This document shows, one piece after another, positions 10,306-19,425 of a stretch of 64,000 bases of DNA (position 1 is its first letter; the number at the start of each line of letters is the position of its first letter). A program made the position numbers and the translations under genes. Source of the DNA: Chloroflexota bacterium (lineage in GTDB: Bacteria; Chloroflexota; Dehalococcoidia; Lucifugimonadales; UBA2962); contig QGNM01000002.1 in assembly GCA_003228095.2 (NCBI GenBank), positions 9,029-73,028 of the forward strand, given 5' to 3'. The notes beneath the pieces were generated by a model. That model saw only the letters and a list, made by a program, of their open reading frames with translations. It was not told where the DNA came from and did no database searches.

Positions 10306-11202
10306 TTATATTGGATATTTATTTATATATGTATTTAGTAAATTTTTCATTACTGTTACATCTTCAGTTTTACACACGCCTCTTTCAGCAGCAAACTTAA
10401 TGCCGGCTAACGCAGCAGTTGCGTACATTTGCATTTCTTGTATTCCTACACTTTTCATGGCTTCAAGGTGTTTCTTTATTGTATCTACATCACCTCTAAC
10501 ATATGGGCCAGCGATTCCATCTGGAATGCCATTAGCTTCTAATGCATCTGCTACTCCTCTAATCATAGGAATTAAGGTTTTGAGAGCTTCATTTCTTTCT
10601 ACTCCAAGCCTATCTTGCCAGATTTGAGCAATTACTGCTATTTGACCCATTAATACTCCTCCAAGGGTCACTGCCGATGCGTGATACAGAGGTTTATCAG
10701 ATGACTGTAGGAATATTGGCCTTCCGCCCAGATCTAGCGCAAGTTGCGTTAAATAGTCTTTTAACCTACCTTCTCCTTCAATACCAAAAGTCGATCCGGG
10801 CAAAGCAGCTAATGCGTCATCAACACCTGCAAAAGCTTGAAGAGGGTGGAAACTTCCAGTGAATACACCTTGCCTCTTCGCATCTTTTAAAATATCTAGC
10901 GAACTAACACCAGAACAATGCACTACAGCTTGGTTAGATGACCATTTTATTGAATTAACTACAGGCTCTATTGCACTATCGAACGTAGTAATAAAAATTA
11001 AATCTGCCTGAAGCGCTGCTTCAGAAATTGACTCGTAGGATACGCAGCCATTAATAAGACTTGCTAAAGCTTTTGCAGAACTATATGTCCTGCTTGATGC
11101 TGCAACCACAGAATACCCTGCCCTAAATAGGGCTACTGCCAACGTTTTACCAACAGCTCCACACCCAATGAAAGCAATTTTAGTTGATTTATCAAAATCC
11201 AT
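10306..11202 (-). CDS. Rossmann-like plus DUF2520 protein, candidate PanG-type ketopantoate reductase
   Basis: N-terminal IAFIGCGAVGKTLAVAL dinucleotide fold and C-terminal GPYVRGDVDTIKKHLEAM (DUF2520 signature GP..RGD....HL). Sits immediately upstream of panB-panC on the same strand. Confidence 0.6.
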   Translation of the reverse strand: MDFDKSTKIAFIGCGAVGKTLAVALFRAGYSVVAASSRTYSSAKALASLINGCVSYESISEAALQADLIFITTFDSAIEPVVNSIKWSSNQAVVHCSGVSSLDILKDAKRQGVFTGSFHPLQAFAGVDDALAALPGSTFGIEGEGRLKDYLTQLALDLGGRPIFLQSSDKPLYHASAVTLGGVLMGQIAVIAQIWQDRLGVERNEALKTLIPMIRGVADALEANGIPDGIAGPYVRGDVDTIKKHLEAMKSVGIQEMQMYATAALAGIKFAAERGVCKTEDVTVMKNLLNTYINKYPI

Positions 11203-11217
11203 TTAATCTCCTTAAAG

Positions 11218-12216
11218 CTAGTTAGTTGTTCTTAAATTGTCTATAGAATTTATATTACCGATTGTTGATGCTAATTTAACTGACCTTAAGATTGATTCGG
11301 CAACACAAACGGATGCTGCAGCAATTAAACGATCCATATCAGCACTTACGTTGCTTTTACCGGTAGATAGGCAAAAAAAAGTGTCTCCATCATGACTAGT
11401 ATGTGATGGTCTTACTGCTAAAGCTAATCCATCATGTGCTGCTGCTGATAGTTTTTTTGCTTGAGATTTAGTTAATTCGACGTCTGTAGCAACTACGCCA
11501 ATTGTAGTGTTGCTTTCTACTTGTCTTGGGGGAGCCCAATTGGTATCTAATATACATTCCATAGGGTTAAGCATTCCTGTGTGATTTTGGTCAAGTGGTC
11601 CTGCAATTAAGTTGCCAGTTTTATAATCGAATACTCCTCCGATTGCATTTGTTGCCACTATAGCAGCAACCTTGGATCCATCGCCCAATGTTATTCCATA
11701 GGTGCCTATGCCGCCTTTTATTGCTCGTTCCATTCCCATTAATTTCGCCACAGTGGCACCGGTTCCTGCCCCTACTGTACCTTCCTGAATGTGTTTATTA
11801 TTTGCTGCTAAACATGCCTCGTACCCTGATTCAAGATTAGGAAACTTATCAAGTCCGATACTTAAATCAAATAAGATTGAGCCAGCAACGATAGGTATTA
11901 ATGAATTTCCAGCTTGGTGACCTATGCCACGAGTTTTTAAATATTGGATTGCTCCGTCAATCGATTGAAGGCCAAATGCACTGCCACCACTGAGCACAAC
12001 ACCATGGATTAGAGGAACACTTGTCGTCGGGTCAAGTACGTCGGTTTCCCTCGACCCTGGAGCGCCTCCCCGAACATCTACACCCCCTACTGCCCCTGCT
12101 TCACATAGCACAGCTGTACAACCTGTAATTGAATCAAGATCCGTGTAGTGGCCAACCTTTATCCCAGGTATGTCAGTGATTGATAAATGAGGTGTTTGAT
12201 TTTCTGGCAGTGTCAA
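11218..12216 (-). CDS. P1 (DmpA/BapA-type, formerly S58) family aminopeptidase
   Basis: GIKVGHYTD..TGCTAVL N-terminus, GSAFGL, and NTTIGVVATDVELTKSQAKKLS with HDGDTFFCLSTG, all typical of the DmpA/L-aminopeptidase family. Confidence 0.8.
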   Translation of the reverse strand: MTLPENQTPHLSITDIPGIKVGHYTDLDSITGCTAVLCEAGAVGGVDVRGGAPGSRETDVLDPTTSVPLIHGVVLSGGSAFGLQSIDGAIQYLKTRGIGHQAGNSLIPIVAGSILFDLSIGLDKFPNLESGYEACLAANNKHIQEGTVGAGTGATVAKLMGMERAIKGGIGTYGITLGDGSKVAAIVATNAIGGVFDYKTGNLIAGPLDQNHTGMLNPMECILDTNWAPPRQVESNTTIGVVATDVELTKSQAKKLSAAAHDGLALAVRPSHTSHDGDTFFCLSTGKSNVSADMDRLIAAASVCVAESILRSVKLASTIGNINSIDNLRTTN

Positions 12217-12239
12217 TTAACAATCCCTTCCTTTTTGAT

Positions 12240-12268
12240 CTTAAGTGTCCATTAATTTAACACTTAAG
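12240..12268. promoter_or_regulatory. Perfect 9-bp inverted repeat (CTTAAGTGT-N11-ACACTTAAG), candidate operator
   Basis: Read directly from the sequence. Lies in the 114-bp divergent intergenic region between the peptidase-pan operon and the lpd operon. Confidence 0.3.
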
Positions 12269-12330
12269 TATCCATTTTCGATACACTATTTTGCAAGTGC
12301 AAGTTTTCAACATCGATAAATCTAACCAAG

Positions 12331-13767
12331 GTGTTACAATTACCCCTTTATTATTTAAATAAAGGTTATATTTTGGATAATCAAATTTCTAAGTATGATG
12401 TGGTAATTATGGGTAGTGGCCCTGGTGGTTATGTTGCAGCTATAAGGGCTGGTCAATTGGGCATGAAAACTGCCCTCATCGAAAGGTCTGAATTAGGCGG
12501 GATATGCCTGAATTGGGGCTGTATTCCAAGTAAATCATTGCTTCGTAACGCTGAAGTTTTAAACTTAATAAATGAAGCTGACAAGTTTGGCATTAAAGTA
12601 TCTGGGGTAGAAGCAGATTTTTCAAAAGCTATAACGCGTAGCAGAGAAGTTGTTGGGAAATTAACACGAGGAATAGGGCATCTTCTTAAAAAAAACAATG
12701 TAGATTTGTATGAAGGTTCTGGTTTATTTTTAACCGAAAACACGTTAGTCGTTGAACCTGGGCATACGAAACTTGAAACAGATAATGTAGTAGTTGCTAC
12801 CGGGGCCAGGCAAAGAGATTTACCATCAATAAATATTGATGGAGATGTAGTGATTACAAGCAGACATGCCTTGGAACTCAAAACATTGCCTAAAAGTATT
12901 GTGATTATTGGAGGAGGCGCTACTGGAGCAGAATTTGCTTATTTATATCGCTCCTACGGAGTTGAAGTTACGATTGTGGAAATGATGGATCGCATTCTTC
13001 CTCAGGAAGATCAAGATGTAAGTGTGCAATTGACACGCTCGTTTGCAAAAACAGGGATTTCAATACTGACGTCTTCCCAAGTGCAAAGTATTTCTAATGA
13101 TAATGGAACCGCACTTGTTGCAGTAAAAACTGAATCAGAAGAATTGAAAATTGAGTGTGAAAAAATATTGGTAGCGGTTGGAGTACAGCCAAATTCTGAC
13201 CAGATTGGATTAGAGCAGACAAAAGTAGATACGGAAAATGGATTCATTACAATTGATGATCAGATGAAAACGAATGTTGACGGCATTTATGCTATAGGTG
13301 ATATTACTGGTAAATTATTGCTGGCTCACGTGGCTTCTGAGCAAGCGATTATAGCTATAGAAAATATAGCTGGTTTGGATCATGCTACATTAGATTATTC
13401 TCTGATGCCCCGCGCAGTATACTGTAAGCCTCAAGTAGCCAGTTTTGGTTTAACTGAAGCTCAGGCTAAAGCGAAGGGAATCGAGGTTAAAATAGGTAAG
13501 TTTCCACTATCTGCATCTGGCAAAGCTTTAGCTTTATCTGAGACAGAAGGATTCATTAAAGTAGTAGCAGGCGCGGAAATTGGTGATATATTGGGAGTGC
13601 ATATGATAGGCGCTGAAGTAACGGAACTTCTAGGAGAAGCTGGAATGACAAAGATGTTAGAGGGCACCACAAGTGAATTGGGGTCATTAGTGCATCCTCA
13701 TCCAACAATTTCTGAATGTCTCAAAGAAGCTGGATTGGCAACTGAAAATTTAGCTATTCATATGTAA
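12331..13767 (+). CDS. lpd: Dihydrolipoyl dehydrogenase (E3)
   Basis: YDVVIMGSGPGGYVAA FAD fold, redox-active disulfide CLNWGCIPSK, second NAD fold IIGGGATGAEFA, and C-terminal HPHPTISE. The true start may be the in-frame TTG at 12373 (MDNQISKYDVV...). Confidence 0.93.
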   Translation: MLQLPLYYLNKGYILDNQISKYDVVIMGSGPGGYVAAIRAGQLGMKTALIERSELGGICLNWGCIPSKSLLRNAEVLNLINEADKFGIKVSGVEADFSKAITRSREVVGKLTRGIGHLLKKNNVDLYEGSGLFLTENTLVVEPGHTKLETDNVVVATGARQRDLPSINIDGDVVITSRHALELKTLPKSIVIIGGGATGAEFAYLYRSYGVEVTIVEMMDRILPQEDQDVSVQLTRSFAKTGISILTSSQVQSISNDNGTALVAVKTESEELKIECEKILVAVGVQPNSDQIGLEQTKVDTENGFITIDDQMKTNVDGIYAIGDITGKLLLAHVASEQAIIAIENIAGLDHATLDYSLMPRAVYCKPQVASFGLTEAQAKAKGIEVKIGKFPLSASGKALALSETEGFIKVVAGAEIGDILGVHMIGAEVTELLGEAGMTKMLEGTTSELGSLVHPHPTISECLKEAGLATENLAIHM

Positions 13768-13802
13768 AACATACGGATTAAACTTTTGGAGAGTTAGCAA
13801 AT

Positions 13803-14771
13803 ATGCCTATAAGTTTAGATAAACAAAATGCTTTAGATATATATGAATCATTGACTCTAATAAGACATTTTGAAGAAGAATGTTCTACTCAATATATGCA
13901 GGGATTTATTAGAGGTTTTTTGCACTTGTATATAGGGGAAGAAGCTGTTGCTGTCGGTACCATCTCAGAATTGGATGAAGACGATTATATTGTTAGCCAT
14001 TATCGTGATCATGGACATGCATTAGCTCGAAAAATGGACCCCAAGGCAATAATGGCTGAACTAATGGGGAAATCTACGGGAGTGAGCGGTGGTAGAGGTG
14101 GATCAATGCACTTATTTGACGTATCAAAAGGCTTTATGGGTGGTTATGCGATAGTTGGAGGACAGTTACCAATTGCGGTAGGTATTGGGACAGCTATAGA
14201 TTATCAAAATAATGGTAAAGTGGTGATGTGTTTTTTGGGAGATGGAGCTGTAAATGAAGGATATTTTCATGAATCTCTCAACTTGGCATCATTATGGAAA
14301 TTGCCGGTAATTTTTATATTAGAGAATAATCTTTATGGAATGGGGAGCCACATAGATAAGACTCATGCGACTGGCCATAACCTTTATTTGTCTGCTGATG
14401 AATATGGCATTCCAGCAGTGCAGGTAGATGGCATGGATGTCTTGAAAGTTATTTCAACAACTAGATCGGCAATTGAAAGAACTCGATCCGGTGCAGGTCC
14501 AACATTAATTGAGGCTAACACATACAGGTTTGTGGGTCATTCAATGGCTGACCCACAAACCTATAGAAATGTTAAAGAATTAGGCGACTGGAAGACAAGA
14601 GACCCAATTAGTCGTTTTGTTAATTATTCTTTGAGCCAAAATATCTTTGGCCCAGATGATATAGCTGTGGTAGATGAGAGAGTCAAAGAAATTATCAAAG
14701 ATGCAGTTGAATTTGCCAAGCAAAGTCAAGAACCAGAAATCGAATCAATGTATAGAGATGTATATGAGTAA
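13803..14771 (+). CDS. 2-oxoacid (pyruvate/acetoin-type) dehydrogenase E1 alpha subunit
   Basis: TPP-binding GDGAVNEG...N motif, YRDHGH, and heterotetrameric E1 alpha length. Confidence 0.9.
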   Translation: MPISLDKQNALDIYESLTLIRHFEEECSTQYMQGFIRGFLHLYIGEEAVAVGTISELDEDDYIVSHYRDHGHALARKMDPKAIMAELMGKSTGVSGGRGGSMHLFDVSKGFMGGYAIVGGQLPIAVGIGTAIDYQNNGKVVMCFLGDGAVNEGYFHESLNLASLWKLPVIFILENNLYGMGSHIDKTHATGHNLYLSADEYGIPAVQVDGMDVLKVISTTRSAIERTRSGAGPTLIEANTYRFVGHSMADPQTYRNVKELGDWKTRDPISRFVNYSLSQNIFGPDDIAVVDERVKEIIKDAVEFAKQSQEPEIESMYRDVYE

Positions 14772-15741
14772 ATTAACACTAAGAGCAGCCATATCTAAAG
14801 GATTAGAAGAAGCCCTATCTTCTGATGAAAATGTTTTTCTTTTAGGGGAAGACATCGGTGAATATGGAGGAGCTTATGCTGTGACTAAGGGGTTGTTAGA
14901 CAAGTTTGGGGAAAAAAGAGTAAGGGATATGCCTATTGCTGAGTCAGTAATTGCTGGAACTGCTATTGGATCTTCTATGGTAGGCCTTCGTCCAATTGTA
15001 GAAATAATGACTATTAATTTCACCTTACTTGCTATGGATCAAATTGTTAATCACGGAGCAAAAATTCGTCATATGTCAAATGGCCAGCTCAGTGCTCCGT
15101 TTATTTTACGAACGGTTACTGGAGGCGGAGGTGGCTTAGCAGCGACTCATTCACAAAGCCTTGAAGGGTGGTATGCAAACGTTCCAGGACTTATAGTTGT
15201 GACTCCGTCGAACCCATATGATGCTCTTGGATTGTTACGTTCTTGTTTAGAATCCAGAGACCCTGTGATTTATGTTGAGCACTGTTTATTATATTCTGAA
15301 ATAGCCGAGGTGCCGGAAGAATATTACACAGTGCCTGTAGGAAAGTCAGTAGTATGTAGAGAAGGTAAAGACGTTACTATAGTTACGTATTCTGCAATGG
15401 TAAGAGTGTGTTTAGAAGCTGCAGATGAATTATCTAAATATGGCATCGAAGCAGAGGTGATAGATTTAAGGTCTCTAAGACCTTTAGACACTGAGACCTC
15501 GGCGAAATCTCTCATGAAAACAGGTAGAGCTGTAGTTGTTGAAGAAAACTGGAAGACCGGAGGATTTGGAGCTGAAATTAGTAGTAGTTTGCATGAAAAC
15601 GCCTTTGACTTCATCGAATCTCCTATAATTCGAATTGCAGCAGAGGAAGTACCAATACCTTATAGTCGGAACCTTGAATCCAATGTAATCCCAGATTCCA
15701 GTAAGGTGGTTAATAAAATCAAAGCGATGTTTGAAATTTGA
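14764..15741 (+). CDS. 2-oxoacid dehydrogenase E1 beta subunit
   Basis: Transketolase-like pyrimidine-binding and C-terminal domains (GEDIGEYGGAYAVTKGL, PIAE). I trimmed the start to the ATG at 14764, which overlaps the E1 alpha stop (ATGAGTAA). Confidence 0.9.
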   Translation: MSKLTLRAAISKGLEEALSSDENVFLLGEDIGEYGGAYAVTKGLLDKFGEKRVRDMPIAESVIAGTAIGSSMVGLRPIVEIMTINFTLLAMDQIVNHGAKIRHMSNGQLSAPFILRTVTGGGGGLAATHSQSLEGWYANVPGLIVVTPSNPYDALGLLRSCLESRDPVIYVEHCLLYSEIAEVPEEYYTVPVGKSVVCREGKDVTIVTYSAMVRVCLEAADELSKYGIEAEVIDLRSLRPLDTETSAKSLMKTGRAVVVEENWKTGGFGAEISSSLHENAFDFIESPIIRIAAEEVPIPYSRNLESNVIPDSSKVVNKIKAMFEI

Positions 15742-15769
15742 TTAAAAATGTTAATTGGAGTTTAGTCTT

Positions 15770-17035
15770 ATGTCTGTTGAATTAAAAATGCCTCAAATGG
15801 GTTACGACATGAAGGAAGGCACTATAGTTAGATGGTTAATTGAAACTGGGAGCCATGTAGATAAAAATGAAATTGTAGCCGAGATTGAAACAGATAAAGC
15901 AGTTGTAGAATTCCAATCTTATCTTGATGGTTTTATTACGCAGATTTTGGTAAAAGAAGGGGATACAGTTCCAGTAGGTACCGTTATAGCTTTAGTCGGT
16001 TCTAAAGATGAAATCGTTGCCAGAGAATCTGAAAATGTTGCGGAAGAAGCACAAATAAAGAAACAGGACGCTGAAGTGGAAGAACAAGTAGAAGAACCGA
16101 TTCTATTTACGGAGAATACGACTGATCTAAATAATAAGTTTGATAAAGTTCCAGTAAAGGCGTCTCCAGTTGCCAGAAAATTAGCTAAAGAAAAAGGGTA
16201 TAACTTAAGTGATATTACAGGGACTGGCCCGGCTGGACGTATAAGCCGTGAAGATGTTGAGTCGTATGTGCCTTCTAGTTCCAATGTACAAAATATAGCT
16301 CCAGTAATTCGTGAACCAAGTGAAACAGTTCAATCAGATGAATCAATAAATGAAGAGACTTCCGCTCTGACAAAAATGCGTCAGCAGATTGCTAGGGTTA
16401 CCGTTAGAAGTAAGACTGAGATACCACATTTCTATATATCTGTAGATATTAATATGACTAACGCGATAGAGATGCGTGGACAGCTCAATAAGAGTGAAGA
16501 GTATCAGGGCCTGGAAGTTTCACTCAATGATTTAATATTAAAAGCATGTGTGAATCCTTTGATTAAATATCCTAAGTTCAACTCGTCATTTTCGGATAAA
16601 GGTATAGTTACTCATTCAAAGATCAATATAGGCATTGCCATTTCTCAAGAAGCCGGTTTAATTGTGCCAGCTATCATGGGGATTCAAAATAAATCATTAA
16701 AAGAGATTTGCATTGCCAGTAAAGATTTAGTACAAAGATCTAATGAAGGAACAATCACTACAGATGAATATGCCAGGGGCACTTTTTCTGTAAGTAATCT
16801 TGGAATGTTTAATATCAAATCTTTTGTAGGCATAATTCATCCTCCTCAATCGGCGATGCTTGCTGTGGGTAGGGCAACTGAGACGCCTATTGCCGTTGAG
16901 GGGAATATTGTGATAGCGAATATAATGACTGCAACAATATCGGGTGACCATAGAATAGTTGATGGGGCAGAAGCAGCTTTGTTTATTAATGAAGTCAAAA
17001 TGATATTAGAAAATCCATATCAATTATTGATATAG
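15770..17035 (+). CDS. Dihydrolipoamide acyltransferase (E2)
   Basis: Lipoyl domain (EIETDKAVVE), peripheral subunit-binding domain (SPVARKLAKEKGYNLSDITGTGPAGRISREDV) and catalytic DHRIVDG motif. GGAG lies 9 nt upstream of the ATG at 15770. Confidence 0.9.
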   Translation: MSVELKMPQMGYDMKEGTIVRWLIETGSHVDKNEIVAEIETDKAVVEFQSYLDGFITQILVKEGDTVPVGTVIALVGSKDEIVARESENVAEEAQIKKQDAEVEEQVEEPILFTENTTDLNNKFDKVPVKASPVARKLAKEKGYNLSDITGTGPAGRISREDVESYVPSSSNVQNIAPVIREPSETVQSDESINEETSALTKMRQQIARVTVRSKTEIPHFYISVDINMTNAIEMRGQLNKSEEYQGLEVSLNDLILKACVNPLIKYPKFNSSFSDKGIVTHSKINIGIAISQEAGLIVPAIMGIQNKSLKEICIASKDLVQRSNEGTITTDEYARGTFSVSNLGMFNIKSFVGIIHPPQSAMLAVGRATETPIAVEGNIVIANIMTATISGDHRIVDGAEAALFINEVKMILENPYQLLI

Positions 17036-17038
17036 AAC

Positions 17039-17851
17039 ATGAATAAAAAAATAGACATGTTAAAACATCCAAAAATATATCTTACTACTCGTACGTCGGT
17101 TGATTGGGATCAAGTGGCTGAGTTTTTAGCTGATCAAGGGGTACCTCCAATACCAGATAGTATTAGAGCGGGAAAAGATGAATCTGCTGCAGTTGTAGAG
17201 ATTTCAGCCCGGATGTGCTACATGAGTTACGGCCGTGGTAGAAAGGATATAGCTGACTTTATAAACAACCTTTTGTACCGTAAAGATGGAAGCGTGCTAG
17301 AACATGTTAACTTTGGATTTGTTATTACAGGAATATCACGGAGTTTAACTCATGAATTGATTAGGCATAGAGCAGGGTTTGCGTATAGCCAACGTTCCCA
17401 AAGGTATGTCGATGAATCTGGAGCGTCTTTTGTTATACCTCCGGCTTTAGTAAATGAAACTTCAAGCAATAATAAAGTGAACGAAGTGTTTAATAAAGCT
17501 ATGGAAAATGCAGCAACCAGTTATGAGGAACTCGTAAATTCATTAGAAGAGTCATTAGAAGAAAGCTTATTCGAGAAAAAGACGGATAGACGTAAAGCAA
17601 TACGCCAAGCTGCTCGCTCGGTGTTGCCCAATGCTACTGAGACAAAGTTATTTGTTACTGCAAATGTGCGAGCTTGGAGGCATTTTATCGAAATGCGTTC
17701 TACTCCTTACGCTGATTGGGAAATTAGGCGAATGGCTATACAGATATTAAATTTGTTAGTAGAGGAAGCTCCTTTACTGTTTGGGGATTTCAAAATTGAA
17801 GAATTACCAGATGGAACATCTATAGCCACACCATTACATTCCAAAGTATAG
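17039..17851 (+). CDS. thyX: FAD-dependent thymidylate synthase
   Basis: ThyX signature THELIRHRAGFAYSQRSQRY (RHR...S..S.RY). Confidence 0.88.
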   Translation: MNKKIDMLKHPKIYLTTRTSVDWDQVAEFLADQGVPPIPDSIRAGKDESAAVVEISARMCYMSYGRGRKDIADFINNLLYRKDGSVLEHVNFGFVITGISRSLTHELIRHRAGFAYSQRSQRYVDESGASFVIPPALVNETSSNNKVNEVFNKAMENAATSYEELVNSLEESLEESLFEKKTDRRKAIRQAARSVLPNATETKLFVTANVRAWRHFIEMRSTPYADWEIRRMAIQILNLLVEEAPLLFGDFKIEELPDGTSIATPLHSKV

Positions 17852-17864
17852 AACTGTAATTAAG

Positions 17865-19415
17865 TTAACTCTCTGAGGGAGAATTATAAGATCCTGTTAC
17901 ACTTGCAGAGTTTTCTGTATCTAAATGTTTTTTATGGTTCCACGCCATAAAAATTGTTGGGATTAAAGCTATTGTAGCGGCTACAACAGCAATAATGAAG
18001 AACTCCGTAAATAAGTTCATTCCGATATCCATTACCTCTCCAGAGTAGGCTTCTATGTTTGCTAGTGATACGTCGGACGATTCACCTTGAGCTGGTATAG
18101 GTAACGGTAAACCTGAGACCAGCGTAAAAAACCTTTGTGAACCCCAAGATGTGATTGCAGCAAGCCCCAAAGTCATGCCAACAAGTCGCATGGCTGTTAC
18201 AACTCCAGCAGCAGCTCCCCTATCTCCATGGCTAACAGGTTCAGTAGCAGCTAAGGCAATAGGTGATATGAGAATTCCGAAGCCAAAACCAGTAACTACA
18301 AGAGGGATCGACATTACAGGATCTGATATCGATAGTGACCACCCAGACATTTCATAATACCCCCAAATTGTTAGGATTAATCCAAGCAACGCAGGAATTC
18401 GGAAATCCATTTTCTGACATGCAATTCCACCAAGTATTGCCCCTATTGGCATAGCAATAGTCATTCGCATCAACCTTAAACCGCCTTCTAAAGGTTCCTG
18501 AGCCATAACTGTGGTTGTCATGAATGGAATTGTTACCATTCCAATTATAAGAGCACAGCCAACCAGTAAATGAGAGAGATTGGCCGCTACGATTGTGGGA
18601 CTAGCAAACATTGAGTTGGGCAATAATGGCTCATCAGCTGTTTTTTGACGCACTATAAAGCCAATTAAAAATACTGCAGTCAGTATAAACAGTAGAACTA
18701 AGATGAGGTCTGGACGATCTATTCGTGATAGAGCTAAAGTCAGTGCGGCTAATGAGAGGGCTATCAATATGCCGCCCATATAATCCACTTTAGATTTAAA
18801 TTTAGGGCTAGGTTTTAAAAACATAAATAAGGGAATCAGAGTCATAATCCCTAAAGGAATGTTCATCCAAAAGACCCAAGGCCAAGTTAGGTATCTTGCT
18901 ACCAGACCTCCCCATAAAGGGCCGATTACTCCACCTGCTTCAGCGGCACCAATAATGAGTCCCAAAGCAAGGCCTCTTTTCCCTGATGGGAAAAGATCGC
19001 CTACTATGGCTATTGCAACAGGTAGCATTGCTCCAGCCGCCATAGCTTGAAACACTCTAATAGCTATTAACCATTCCATGCTTTTAGCCATAGCTGCAAA
19101 AGCTGAGAAGATCATAAAAATAACCATAGCGACACTAAACACACGTCGATGTCCCCAAGCATCAGACATTCTACCTATTAATGGCATTGCAGCAACGTAT
19201 CCAAGAAGATATGCAGTAATAGTCCATGATGCTGTATCTAACTTAGTTATGGGAACACGAAAATCAATCATGATTTCAGTTAGCACGGTTACCATAACTG
19301 TTTGATCATCCGCGGCTACAAAAACGCCAAACGCAACCGGTATTAATGCAAGATACGGGGATACCCGCCTGGAGTTTTGCCCGCCAGTTTTATGGTTATT
19401 TTGTGATTCGATCAA
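17865..19415 (-). CDS. MFS transporter, DHA2-like (about 14 TM), P55-like
   Basis: 516 aa, highly hydrophobic with many predicted TM helices, and the MFS motif GRMSDAWGHRR between TM2 and TM3. Immediately downstream of an LprG-like lipoprotein gene. Confidence 0.85.
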   Translation of the reverse strand: MIESQNNHKTGGQNSRRVSPYLALIPVAFGVFVAADDQTVMVTVLTEIMIDFRVPITKLDTASWTITAYLLGYVAAMPLIGRMSDAWGHRRVFSVAMVIFMIFSAFAAMAKSMEWLIAIRVFQAMAAGAMLPVAIAIVGDLFPSGKRGLALGLIIGAAEAGGVIGPLWGGLVARYLTWPWVFWMNIPLGIMTLIPLFMFLKPSPKFKSKVDYMGGILIALSLAALTLALSRIDRPDLILVLLFILTAVFLIGFIVRQKTADEPLLPNSMFASPTIVAANLSHLLVGCALIIGMVTIPFMTTTVMAQEPLEGGLRLMRMTIAMPIGAILGGIACQKMDFRIPALLGLILTIWGYYEMSGWSLSISDPVMSIPLVVTGFGFGILISPIALAATEPVSHGDRGAAAGVVTAMRLVGMTLGLAAITSWGSQRFFTLVSGLPLPIPAQGESSDVSLANIEAYSGEVMDIGMNLFTEFFIIAVVAATIALIPTIFMAWNHKKHLDTENSASVTGSYNSPSES

Positions 19416-19425
19416 AATATTTGAT

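Noticed and set aside
14674-14763. 30-codon 5' extension of the E1 beta ORF overlapping the E1 alpha 3' end. Similar 5' extensions occur at 15755, 21901, 38406 and 35761
   Set aside because: Downstream ATG codons give family-typical N-termini. They also give either stop/start overlaps or good SD spacing. The extensions have no homology logic.
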